Origin: Podarcis vaucheri
Taxonomy: Eukaryota
Length of the DNA stretch: 64,000 nucleotides
Strand: one strand, 5' to 3'
Assembly (NCBI GenBank): GCA_965113315.1
Contig: OZ220366.1
Shown: positions 40,419-53,549 of the stretch, piece after piece
Layout: every line of letters begins with the position of its first letter
How positions within the stretch are numbered: position 1 is the stretch's first letter
Notes under the pieces: generated by a model
Seen by the model: only the letters and a program-made list of their open reading frames with translations
Told to the model about the DNA's origin: nothing
The model's database searches: none
Made by a program: the position numbers and the translations under genes

Positions 40419-41148
40419 GCCTAAGCCATTTAGTAAGCCTTTGAGAGCCAAACTATGAGGGTAATAGAGTTTAAGCAATAAAGTAGTTACTGTGACCCAA
40501 TTATTTTCTTATACTGCCAGACTTATCTGACCAGTCGCTTATCTCTTCCCTCAGAAGAGCAAGTCTTCTTCAGGTATGAAGAAAATACAGTTCCAACAAT
40601 AGCAGTTTATGCGGCAAAAAGGGCATTCTGCTACAAGAGTACATTTGAAAAAACTATGCCATGGTCAGTGCTGGACCAGTTGTGGTTATGAGTTCATCCT
40701 TAATTCACCCTTTTTGAAATAAATCTATCTCAAATGATACAGAAAATCACCTACATAAAAACTTATTCCCAGCATTTTGGCAGTACAGTAATAGCTTACA
40801 TTCAATCATGCTTAGAATTCCCTTAAATTTACCATAGGTATTCTGACTACTAGTTAGATTGTTAAAAAGGTACAAAGAGTTGATCTCAGTATCTCTTCAG
40901 TGACGGCAACTCCTATCTCTCAGAACCTGAGCATTTTTTAGACTAGGAGTGGCGAACCTGTTGCCCTCCAAATACTGGACAACTACTAACATTTCTGATT
41001 ACTGGCCATGCTTGCTGGAGTGGATGAGCTGGGCGTCTACAAGAACATCTAAAGGGACACAAGTTCCTCATTCTTGCTACAGATGTGCTTCAAGACTGCC
41101 CTGTTCTGGCATTCTCATTTTTAAGGTGGCATATGACATTTAGATATA

Positions 41149-41357
41149 CAGTGGTTACAACCACCTCGGATTACAGACTCCGCTAACCCGGAAATAGTAT
41201 ATTGGGTTAAGAACTTTACCTCAGGATGAGAACAGAAATCACACAGCGACGGCAGTGGGAGGCCCCTTTAGCTAAAGTGGTACCTCAGGTTAAGAACGGT
41301 TTCAGGTTAAGAACGGACCTCCAGAACGAATTAAGTTCGTAACCACAGGTACCACTG
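41149..41357 (-). mobile_element. TA-flanked pogo/Tigger-like MITE, family A (inverted copy)
   Basis: Reverse complement aligns with 33498-33723; TA on both sides. Confidence 0.92.
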
Positions 41358-42149
41358 TAGCCTGTAACACACTGGTGAGTGATAACCACAAAAACCAATC
41401 AAATTAGAATACTAAATAGAATATACACATTTCAGACAAGGAGGAATAGCATTAATGCTGCATCAAGATGAATTTGGTAAATTAATTTAAAAACTGGCTT
41501 TTAACTACAATTTAAATCAAATAAATATTGAATTTTCTTTTTTGAAAAGTATTTATTTATCCACTGATTGAAGCATCATGTTCACTTGCTTACTGGCAAC
41601 TCCATTATTTCTGGTAGGCTTTTAATGCCTGGAATTGGTATGCACAATCTGTGAAGCCACATCTAAATAGACAATAGTTTTATTTAAAGGGTGAAAGGAA
41701 TTACTTTTAAACAGCACAGTCCAGTAGTTTAAGAATGCTATGGGTTACAACTAAACGCACATCTACTCAACTGGCATAAAATATTAATTCAGCTGTCTCA
41801 CAAGAATGTTCCAGTAAAAAAAAAATAATGAATTAAGAGTCACCGTTCTAACCACTAAAGCTATGTGTAACAAATATTCCAGGCAATCAGGCCCAGCTCA
41901 ACACCTTGTATCCTTGAGCAGCTGCTAGGCCTCCACTGAGCAGCTACATATTGCCATTTCCCACAATGTTCTGAGATATCATGCACCTCCAGAGCATGTT
42001 GGAAAATTTTAAAATGGCAGTGCTTAGCTACCCAGTTCTGCAGTCAGGTACACTTACAGCAGGGAAGACCAACACAGGAAAAGGCCCACTAAAATTTGGA
42101 ATCAGCCAAGCCTACAAACACTTTGTAAATCAGTTAAAGCCACATACTA

Positions 42150-42382
42150 CAGTCATACCTCGGGTTGAAGTAGCTTCGGGATGAATATTTTCGGGTTGCA
42201 CTCCGCAGCAACCCGGAAGTAATGAAGTGCGTTACTTCCGGGTTTTGCCGCTCGCACAGACGCTCAAAATGACATCACACGCATGCATGGAAGCGGCGAC
42301 CCGCGCAGACGCGGGTTGCATTCGCTCCAGGATGCGAACGGGGCTCCGGAACAGATCCCGTTCGCATCTAGAGGTACCACTG
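42150..42382. mobile_element. TA-flanked pogo/Tigger-like MITE
   Basis: TA|CAGTCATACCTCGGG...CTAGAGGTACCACTG|TA; CpG-rich. Confidence 0.9.
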
Positions 42383-42792
42383 TACATATGTATTAATCCA
42401 AGTAGTCTATAGTTCTGAACTCAATCATCCACAATTACTATAGAACGAATTTCAAGAAGTTCAAGAATTGGAGAATCTACCACTTCACCTTCTTTCAATC
42501 ACCATAACGATACAAAAATAGAATGAGTAAAAAGTTTCATGGTGTAACTAATCTGTGTTAAAACAGTTTGCAGCTTGCCTTCTTGCCTACTGTGAGCTGC
42601 AACTGCTTCCAGGAGAGCAGTGCAGTGACAGAGTGCATCACTGTTTTTACCTCCTCCAGTCACCTCCGTTTTATTTAAAAATGCATTCTCATTTTTCAAA
42701 AACATCCACAAGCAGATCCAAGCCACAGTGACATGAGACCTTTCTTTTTTCTTTTTGCTATTTTTTTCCAGTAAGATATAATGAACTAAAAC

Positions 42793-43213
42793 ACTGTATT
42801 ACTGTGTGGTACACCGGTTTGACAGCCACAGACAGGAAGTACCTACAGAGGGTGGTGAATACAGCACATGATATCATTGGCTGTCCCTGGAGTTCGCTAG
42901 ATGACATTGCGGAAGACCGCTGCCTCAGGAGAGCAAGGAAAATTCTTAGGGACGACTCACACCCTGGCCAGCACCTCTTTAATCTCCTACCTTCGGGCAG
43001 GAGATACAGAAGTATAGTCAGCCGCACCAACAGGTTAAAGAACAGTTTTTATCAGTGGGCTGTTGGGCTGCTGAATGGAAAAAAATAGTGGTGCAACTGA
43101 CTTCCGACAAGCACACAGAGCACAAACAAAACTGAGTATGTGGGGGGAAGAGGGGGGCTTGTTTAATTTCACTGCACACAGGTGGTGTAGTGACAATAAA
43201 GGTTTATTTATTT
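42793..43213 (+). mobile_element. Rex1/Babar LINE, 5'-truncated
   Basis: Open frame WYTGLTATDRKYLQRVV...HPGQHLFNLLPSGRRYRSIVSRTNRLKNSFY, typical Rex1/Babar ORF C-terminus; GACAATAAAG followed by (TTTA)n tail. Confidence 0.88.
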
Positions 43214-44131
43214 AAAAGAATAAAACAGATTTCTACCTCCACATGGAAACACCATCCAGTTGTAAAGGATCCTGGTGCTTGCTACAACAAACACACACCA
43301 GGTTAACACTTAGAACACTGTTAATGTTAAAAGGTGTAAACTGGAGGAATACTTTCCCCTCCACTTCCTGACAGACAACTGATTTAGCATCTGTGCCCCT
43401 CACTTGTGAATTCAAATGAAGGGTGGGAGATCTCTTGGAGAAATGAGATCTTTGGTTTAAAGCAATTTTAAGAGACAGCAGGGTCTGTGCAGACCTTTGT
43501 GACAGGCCTGTTCAAACTAAAATGGTTTGGGGGACTTCTCAGAAAAGCTTATAATCTTGTAAATCTGCTAGTCTGTAAAAAGAGATAATTCCAATGGGTT
43601 TCCTCTTTATCACTATGACAACCACTTCCCTTCTTCTATAAAGGAAAGGAAATGAGCACTGTGGTGGGAAGAACAGGGAACAGCAACTTCCTCTACTGCT
43701 GCCACTAACCTGCGTTACATGAGTTTGAGCACATGCACATTATTACGAGTCACTTAAAAACACAGAATAATTACTGCGTTCTAATCTCATAAACAAACTC
43801 TGTTCGCAAGTTCCAACTCTATCATCTTGCATTTAGGATTTAAAAAGAATACTTTTAGAGTGATTCCTGTGCCAGTCTTGGGAAATGGGTTAAACAAAGA
43901 AGTGATTTAGTTATGCAATCTCTTTTATTTACACAGGCCCAGTTTCGACTACTTCATTCCACTAGTAGAACCCAGTGCAAGGACTCTTGCTAAAGCAATG
44001 TGGCTTCCCCCTTTCCCCAGCTCCCAAATCTGCTCTGGAATAACCCTCTTGGATGGAGGATGGTGCAGGATGGAGGAGGGTAATCATTCTATCAGGCAAG
44101 CAGAAATGCTTCCACTGACTGACTGGATCTC

Positions 44132-44339
44132 GTTACAGGTAGGCAGCCATGCTGGTTTGCCATAGTCGAAACAAAATTAAAAAAATAAAGATAAATTATT
44201 AATTTTTTAAAAATCCTTCCAGTAGCACCTTAGAGACCAACTAAGTTAGTTATTGGTATGAGCTTTCATGTGCATGCACACTTCTTCAGTTACACTGAAA
44301 CAGAAGTCACCAGATCCTTATATATAGTGAGAGGGTGTA
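44132..44339. mobile_element. Penelope-like element fragment with 8-bp flanking direct repeat
   Basis: GTAGCACCTTAGAGACCAACTAAG...TATGAGCTTTCATGTGCATGCACACTTCTTCAG motif; TGGATCTC at 44124-44131 and 44340-44347. Confidence 0.7.
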
Positions 44340-44429
44340 TGGATCTCCTTAGCCATTCGTTGAATCTTACCCAGTGAGCTTTCAAGGCAATTACTTAGAC
44401 AATATATGGCTAGTAGTAATAGTGTAGAG

Positions 44430-44565
44430 CAATAGTGGCCAAACTTGGCCCTCCAGTTGTTTTTGGACTACAACTCCCATCATCCCTAGCTAACAGGACC
44501 AGTGGTCAGGGATGATGGGAATAGTAGTCCCAAAACAGCTTGAGGGCCAAGTCAGGCCACCACTG
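44430..44565. mobile_element. Palindromic hAT MITE with 8-bp TSD
   Basis: TSD GTGTAGAG at 44422-44429 and 44566-44573. Confidence 0.9.
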
Positions 44566-45919
44566 GTGTAGAGCGAGCTAATGTCAGCCACACAGCTGAT
44601 TCCAAAACAATACGTGGATAGTTATTGTACCTTTTAGTTACCAGAAATCTCTAAGGCAAATCTACTGCTAACATTTAGTAGATAGCCCACATCTGCTAGC
44701 TACTGAAATTATACAACTCTAAACTGTTACACATTCTTTTTATAATTTTTATGTGAAAGATGCCGTCATTTGGACCACGTCTGCATTTGGACATCATGCT
44801 AGAATATAATGTACAACAGGGATGGGAAACTGAGATGGGTGTTGAATGTGGCCAACTAGGAGTCCATATTTGGTCCACATGCCTTTCCTCAAGACATACC
44901 CCTCACCAGCCCTGCTTCACATTATCTTCAAGTGTTTGTGCCTGTCTGGCATCTGCCCTTGAGCTTGGAGGATGCCTCTTGCTTTCCTAGATCATGTGTC
45001 TGTGGAAGCTTATGACTTTTACATGGATGGAAAATAGGGTACCATACAAAAATAAACATCACTGCCTAATTTCTTCTCTCTGGCCTGGTCCACTTTTTCC
45101 TCTTTTTCCTGGTCAGAGCCACTTTATCCTAGAAAGTTATGCAAGAGGAAATGTGGCCCATGGGACTAAAAAAAGATTCTGCACCCCTGAGTTTAATTAT
45201 ATGAACCAGCTTAGCCCCCACCTAAGCTCAGGCCCTTCCCTCTGCTCGTTCCACAGTCTGGATTTGGTGTTTGGATACTTTTGCTTCAGGTTAACGGTTT
45301 GCTATGTCATTTGGACCTGGAACTGTTGTTATCGTTAACTATGGTTAGTGTAAACAAGCCAGCTTCAGAAACCATTGCCTGTAGTTGGTTTGAAATTAAC
45401 TGTAGTTAATGCTAATTATGGTTTGACAGGCAAGAACATACAACAAACTGCTGTTAACCAAAAGCAGAAGTTAACACTTCCAAAATATTCCTCCTAGACA
45501 CACATGAGGATGGGTGGGGAGCATATGAGACTCATTCACATCTCGCTAAAGCACCTGTGTCTTAGATATTATTCAGCTCCAGATCCCATTAGCCCATGCC
45601 AGCAGGGTCAATGGTAAGGGATGATGAGAATTCAAGCCCAGCAATATCTGAAAAGCTACAGGTTTCTTATCAATTTTTAATTTATATATCTTTTTAATGT
45701 TTCTCAATGGAATAATAAACCAAAAATATTCTAGGAAAAATACATTTGCAAGGAGGTAAAAATCTGACTTGCGTAATCATTTCACAACAAATGTTAGTAA
45801 CCAAAATTGACACCAACAAGCAAGATCCTTCATAATTTATGTGTTATTTTGACATCTGTTTTCTTACTAGTCAGCTAGTCAGAGAAGCAAGCTTCTGATG
45901 GTTAAGAGAACATCTAGCT

Positions 45920-46576
45920 GATAAAAACCTCTTGGAATAAAGTTCATGAAGAGATAGTAAGATTTTTTTTAAAATCATTCAACAAGAAACCAGAAGCATA
46001 TCTTCTGGGATTAATAACAAATGGCATCCCCATAAATAAGAAATGGATATTCTTATACGCATCCGCTGCCACAAGAGTTCTTATAGCAAAGAACTGGAAG
46101 GAAGACAAAATACCCACAATAATAGACTGGCAAATCAAACTTACTGAATTTGTTGAAATGGCCAAAATGACGGCAGCTATCAGAGGTCAAACAAATCAAA
46201 ATTTAATAAAAGAATGGAGTTGAGTGAATGAATATACGAAAAAACACTGAACCGGTACAGAAATATTGGTGTGTAAAGAACAAAGTTTGTAAGGGGGAAA
46301 GGTTACAAATGCAAGTAAAATCAGAATATTTGTCAAATATAATATAACAAACACAACTGTAAAGATAAGTTATAGAATTAAGGTCAAGCAACGATGGAAG
46401 GAAGTCAGATTTTAACTCACATTTCGAGTTGTGTCAAACCAATGGTGGTGGTGGGGTGAGGTGGGGGATGCTTTGTGTTACTAACATGTACATATGTGTA
46501 AACCTTTCTTTCTTTCTGTTATTTTATAGAGATAAAAACTTCAATTTGAAAAATTAATTAAAAGAGAGAGAGAGAG
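45920..46576 (+). mobile_element. 5'-truncated L1 LINE with 15-bp TSD
   Basis: Open frame SWNKVHEEI...KKPEAYLLG...ATRVLIAKNWK...EMAKMT (lizard L1 ORF2 C-terminus); TSD AGAGAACATCTAGCT at 45905-45919 and 46577-46591. Confidence 0.88.
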
Positions 46577-49500
46577 AGAGAACATCTAGCTAGTACCCCC
46601 CAGTGGTACTTACTGATGAAGTAAAAACAATTCAAAAGCTAAAGTGGACTGAAAAGAAATCCAGCATTACAGTTGTCATTACTATTGATAGCCACCTGCT
46701 ACAGTCAAATAAATATGTTTCATAAATCTTATTCTAGTTATTAGTAAACATAGAAGCCTTAGAGTTTACTGTTGCTAATTTGAGCTTCTTTATAACTGTT
46801 TGTAGGATTACCAAACTCTGCTGTAGTTCCTTTATATAATTATAGATACAATTTTCGCTGTACAATTTTCTTCATCTTCTAGAAAACTTCACATCTCAAG
46901 CAATTTTAGCTTAGCACACATTGTTTAATTCCCTATTTGCTTATTTTTAAAAGTTAGGGGCATCAATCCAGAGGTGCACAAGCTCTGGATCCAAGCCCAC
47001 TGCATTTCTCTCATATACAAATTATTGCTACAACCATGGTCTTGGTATACATAGATAGAAGGAATGTTTTGCTCCAAAATAAATTCTGCATAGACAGTGT
47101 TTTCCCAAACTGATTGCTCTAAAACTCAAGACAAGCCAAACAGCTGAAATCCAACCACATACCTTTGATTGACTTTTCAGAATTCATAAAGTCTTCATAA
47201 ACTTTTTAAGAGGCCTAGTGCATGCAACACCACCTTCCACCCAAACTAATGAAGTATTTTGAATACCTGATTATTGCCTCATCAAACTCAGATACAATCC
47301 ACTTTCCATTAAAATTAATCACATAAAAATCCATTGACAGACATAGCAAGTCTGCAACCACTGATATGAAAAACTATCTGACTAAATCTGTTTTAAATAA
47401 ACATACCATTATATAAATATTTCATTAAGTTTGCATAGGGTATTCTGGTCAGTAAAAAGCAGCAGCAGCAGCAGCCCATATGTATGGAAGATTATTTAGG
47501 TGTTTTGGGAGAGACTGTCACGAAAATATCCTAAGTCCTTACTGGACAAAAAATATAGTTACACGGTTTAGACACAATGTTACTGATGCTTTAGCAATGC
47601 CACTTGGTTTTTCTAGGCAAATAAACCAGAAAATACCCCAAGCATTCCTGAAATCCTAAAACATCTCAGAAACTTCAAATTAACAGAGTACTGCCAGTTC
47701 AATAATTAAATTATGGGAAGCGACCTTTCATATCAAAAAGGAGTTTCAAATAAATCCATGTTGTCTTTATACTACTGCTGTCAGTATCAAAAAGAATGGT
47801 TGTATGTAACATTAAAGTAAGTTGTGTTTTAGGGCTTTCCAACTCCCCGTACCCTGCAGAAAGCCTCTCCCAAAGCAAGCTGTTGTTTTCCCATTTCTTT
47901 TGCAATGCATACACAAGGTCAGAGGTTCCCCCAATACTCTGTAGAGGCTTTTTGAGGAGTGTGGGGTGTTGGGAGTCGAAAAGCCCCATTGTACAGTAAG
48001 ACTTCCATTCCCATAATGTTGGATACAACCCACTGTATTTATTCCTTGACAAATACATATCAGCAGAGTTGCAGCACTGTAATTTATAGGTACTACCACT
48101 AACTCTCTGCATAAAGCAGCAAGCAAATAGATTTATGTAAAGTTGTCCAAACTTTCTCATGTATAGAGACAAGAAACAGATGTTCTTTCAGAATGTCAGC
48201 TCTCCAAAAACATATACTCTCAATACGAACATGTCTGGGCTATCGAACAGCATATTTCATTTTCTATCAAAACTTTCTATCAAAACAAAAATTTATGAAA
48301 GTACAAATTATACAGTTTCTGAAAAATCAAACTGTTGTCTGTATCGTTAAAGCTGACACAATGCCAATGAATACAGAAGGCATTCACAAGGAAAATCTCC
48401 AGATGTGCAATATTAAAACCTAATTTAACTCTTTTAAATATTTAAATTTAATCTAACTCTTTTGCACTCTTTACATTAAAATTTGGTAATCAACCAATTG
48501 TTTGAGCAAACAATCATTCAAGGAAAGTGCCCTGAGAGCTACTTTATTGAAAATTTCAAGAAAGATAGCAGAATGTAATGGAATATGTGATTTTAATTTT
48601 CCAAAGCTTGAGGCTGAATTTCAGGCATTTCTAATGGTAACATATTGCAGTATTTTAGTGTTTGCACACTAAAAGTAAATACAGTTAAATATTAATCTTA
48701 AATCCTAAAAAGTGGTAACACAGCTTCCATGTTATGGAAAATTCTACAGCAAGAAGACAAATCGGGGTCACTAAGAATAGATCATTCATTGTGTTCTGAC
48801 ATGTTGCATGGCTTTTGCATCACTGTTAGCAAGTTAGTTTAAAACCACTATTTCTACTTACTGTGAGTTAATATTTTGCCAAGATGTAGATAGTTTACTG
48901 TTTCATAGAAGAAATTACACATTACATATAATGGAAATAAGCCTTCAATTCTTGTCTAGCTACTTACTGAACACTGAGAGGTATCAATTCACCATATCCA
49001 TGTGCAGGTCACAACTCAGGGTACTTTGCACTGTGTTTTCTGGACCATTCTGAAGACTTCTGAATATTAGGACACAAGTCTTGCTGCCCCACACTAATGC
49101 AGGCCAGTGTTAGCAACTGAGATATGAAAGCTAAGAGCTAAATGGCACCTTAAACTTAGGTTATGGGCGCAACAATAGAATGTTTAGGTGCACTTTTAAT
49201 GAATGAACTGCAGATAAAATCTTATATTCATTTTTCACATGATTTAGTCCTCATCTGATGACTGCAAAAAACAAAGCCATGCTTCCCCTGCCCACCCCTC
49301 TGCAGTTTTAACATGAAATCATAGCGCAAATGAAATTCATTGTCACAAAACGCATCTGGAGAAATGGGAGTTTCAAACGCAGCTGCAGACTATAACTCCC
49401 TCAGTGCATTTTGGTTATGTATCAGAGTAGCTTAGTAAAACAAAAGGGTCCAGGTACATTAGCTACCTCTGCCCTACCATAAAGCAGAAAGGACAGAAAT

Positions 49501-51059
49501 ACAAAAATCTGAAAGCCAAATAACTCTATAAAAAATTTGGCTTCCTTTAATATTACAGATTTGTTCATTAATTCATAAAAACCTTTAACACTGCAAAAAT
49601 TACACTGTTAGGAAGTACAAGTTACCACATTAACACTACACATTAACAAAAGCTGTAGATTATTTGAAGTTTTCCATTGCCATGCAAACAAAAGATTTTA
49701 TTTGAATGCAAACATAAATAAAACACATGCTGAATGCAGTGTTCGAAACTCCCATAGTTCTAGGCACATTTTGCGACAGAGAATTTCATTAGTGAGAACA
49801 GTTTCTGAGCTCTGGGCGCAGTACTATGCCTAAGACTCCAGATTAAAACTGCAGAGTGGAAGGAAAATAGGACCTTTTTCTGCCTCCCCACCTCCAGCTA
49901 CACTCTGAAGACGGGAGAAGAAACCCTCTTAAGAATATTAGGGGGGTGGACAGGTGAAGGACTAGACCATGTGAAAAATGAACATAATATTTTAGTTGCA
50001 GTTCATTCATTTTCAGTTTGGTATTCTTGTTATAAAGAAACACACCTAGACGTTCCATTGTGCTTAAGGTGCCTTTAGCACCTAGCTTTCATATCTCTAA
50101 CACTGGCTGAATGTGTGAATTCTCATAAAGTTATTAATCTGTTCATGTGCAATGTTTATTACTACCATAGATCATTGGCAAGTTAACTCCCTCTCCACCT
50201 TACAAGATGTCAGGGGCAAGCTCCTACTTAACAAGTTCTGCACATTATTCATGGTGACCTGGACACTTTTGGAACTCCCCAACCATTTGTTTGTTTTTTT
50301 TAAAGCACAGGTAATTTATTATATTTAAGATTTTTATTGGCCTAACAGTTAAAGACTCTGGGGTTGCGTCGCCAAAAATGTTAAGGATGGCTGAAAGTAT
50401 TGCTTTTATTATATTTGTGACCCTATTATCAATGATTCTATTGTAAGCTACTAAGAATTTGACTGAAACTGGACAAACACTTATTTTCCAAAGTTAGGAC
50501 CATATGTGACACCTCTCAAACTCATTATTTTCTCTAGTCTCCACCACTCTTCTAGTTAGCAAATGTGAGAAACTTCTCTACTGCCTTTAAACCAACAGCA
50601 CCCATCTCAGCATAGAAGGAGAAGTCACTCAGAATATTTTTCTACAAATACACAAGCCACCTGGTTCTCTGGCAAAGATGCCTATCAGCACATAAATTAC
50701 TGCCCCAATTTCTTCCTGAATATTGAGAACAAACGTAAGGGCTTTTGAATGTTATCCTGCTGAATTTCATAAAGTATATTCTCCAACACTGTACCACAAA
50801 CATCATTGTGATGGCAATCTTCAACGCAAATAAGCCTAGATATTATTGTGAACTTTTAGAACCATTTTGGTTGAAACGTATACAAATATTGTAAAAGAAG
50901 TTTTTAAAATAAAACTTACAACATAAGCCCTCCCTCTCTCAAGGAGAAAAGGAATCGGATGTTCTTTCTCTAAACTTTGGAGCAGCAGAAGTAGTGTGGA
51001 TACTCTGCTATCCCCAAACTTGAGATTAGCCTTCCCACAATAAGCATTTATTAACATTG

Positions 51060-52830
51060 TAGTATGGATTTAGGGGCGTTGCTGTTGAACTGCCATGTAA
51101 TCTTTCCTAGTACTCAGTATCAACTCTCCTGGGATTTATGCCCATTAGTTATAGAGTCCTGCCTTCTGGGGCACCAGAAAACAAGTACTGTACGTATTCA
51201 CCATTTTCTATCAGACAGCCTTCAGAAAGTTAAAGCATACTATCATTTCCTCTTCTCAATATTCTCTCCTCCAGGCTGAAAATATCCACTTCCTTAAACC
51301 TTTCTTATAAGGACTGTTTTCCATACCACTATCTTTCACTGCTCTCTTTTGAACCCATTTAAATTTGCCTAGATCATTCTTAAATTAAGGCACCCAGGGT
51401 TGGTCACAATGTACCAGATGAAGGCTGACTAGTGCAAAATAAAATGGAAATTACTATTTCTGTTGACATGGAAACTTTCTGTTGACTATGATTCTATAAA
51501 TGCCCCAAACTACACCAACCTTTCTTGCAGCTGCATCATGATACTGACTAAATTTCAGTCAGAAACCAACTACATTTTCACATGCCCAATTGCTAACCCA
51601 TAAAACACTTTATTGCTATACCTGTGCATCGCGGGGGGGGGGGGGGAGAGTTGGCCTACAGCCATAACTTTGCATTTGTTTCAGTTGAATTTCATTTTTC
51701 TTAGGTTTGGCCCAGTTTTTCATGCTATAAAGGTCATTTTGATCCTTCACCACCCCGCCCCCCGTCTTCTGAGATGTTTACTATTGCTCCAGAGCCCTCA
51801 AACACCCCACTCAAAACAAGTTGCTCACAGTTCCCCTTTTGGAAGAAAACTGGGGGGGGGGAGTTCAGCAGATTCACATTTTCCTTGTCACCCATTCATC
51901 ATCCTTACTGAGCTGTTGTTCTATAATTTCTCTCCTCTTCTTTTGAATATACCTTTAAAAGTTGTTTTTGTTCTTTTAGCATTCCCCAAAAGCACCAGCT
52001 TATTTCAAGCTTTAGTTTTCTTGACACCACCCCTACAACTTTGGGCCACTTATTTGTACTCACCCTTGCTTACCCTTCCTTCCACTTCTTTGTATATGTC
52101 CCTTTATCTTCAGCTCCTTCCTAACCCTTTCTTCCAGCTACACTAGTTTCTTAACATCTCTCTCATTTCTCTTCTCTCCCCCCCCCCCGGAATTGTTTGC
52201 AATTGTGCTGTTAGTGACCCCATCTTCAGGAATTCTCACCCACATTAGTCTGTTTTCCCCATTGGCATATCCAGCCATGGAATCCTACCAAGTGTTAGAA
52301 ACTCAGATATATAAGCTAGGCACCAAATGGCACCTTAAACCTAGGCTATGGTTGCCACAACAGAACATCTATTTGTCGGGGGTTTGACTAGATGATCCTT
52401 GGGATCCCTTCCAATGCTACCATTCTATGATCTCAACTATACTACTTGACTGTAGCTTGTTCTTACTTGTCCTAGTATGCAATAAGAAGAAACACACAGT
52501 GGAAAAAGAATTAACTATAGACTAAGGCAGAGGTTTTTAAACTGTGGTCACCAACCTGGCACCCAGAAATCTCCAGGTAGTCACAACTGGACCAGCACTA
52601 GTAGTGAAACGCACCTGGGGAATTTTGAACACTGCTCCTACCTAGCATTTTCTTGAACTTATTGAAATTTGTTTTCCTATAATCCAAAGATACCCGAGGA
52701 TACTCACTTTTAGCTTTAAATAATTTCATGAAATTCTACATTACAAGGTCACTTTTCATTAACCAACTCTTCCCTATTGGTTAAGATCAAGTCAAGTATA
52801 ACTGACTCCCTCATTACTAGACATTGCCTC
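51060..52830 (-). mobile_element. Degraded CR1 LINE, interrupted by other insertions
   Basis: CR1 ORF2-like text at 51190-51740; endonuclease remnant ILDLILTNREELV at ~52755-52800; separate + strand CR1 3' tail (GGATCCCTTCCAATGCTACCATTCTATGA) at ~52380-52430. Confidence 0.7.
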
Positions 52831-53549
52831 AGTTTCTTCTGTACTGGCATTGATTGATTAGCGCATGTCCAAAAGATGCATGGCATCCTACCCCACAAGT
52901 CACTAAAAGGGTGGGGTAGGATGCGCTTATACACACTGCTGAGGCACATAGGGGCTGGGAATGGAACCCCCACGAGAAATGGTTGTTGACTGTACCTTTA
53001 ATGCTTCACTTCATGCTTACCTTCGGGTTACTGAATTGTGGCACAAGCTCAACTTACAGTATTTACCTCAAACAGGTAAATATTAGGGATCGATAATTAA
53101 CCAACATAATCGCAAACTTCCAAAATGAAAGATCCATATGTCTATTTCACTGCATGCAACTGCCCTCCTGGCAGAACTTATTCCTCTGTCCACAACATCT
53201 ATTAAACACACTACTGCTGTTTCAGATGACCTGTTGGTCCTTCTCTTTCTAGAATCTGATTAGCCCTCAAGCCAGACAACTGCTACCCTCCTCCCTTCCC
53301 CATTCTGGTTTGCAACCAATGATTCTTAGTCATGGACACAAAGCCTGCTTCTTGTAATGTTTCTGGTACACTTTCTTGAACTGCTTTGAACATATATCTG
53401 GCACTGTTCATTTCCATCATGAGACATACAATAAACCATATACTGAATGCCATGTACACTTCTAGTAGCTTCATACCCAATAGCTAGAAACCATAGGTAA
53501 CAAAGATAACCAACCTAGTCCCTATTATAATGAAGCCAAAGTACACATA

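Noticed and set aside
47711-48172. 153-aa minus-strand ORF in intron 1
   Set aside because: No recognisable domain, non-ATG start, overlaps repeat-like sequence.
51613-52146. 177-aa + strand ORF
   Set aside because: Antisense reading of a degraded CR1 LINE.
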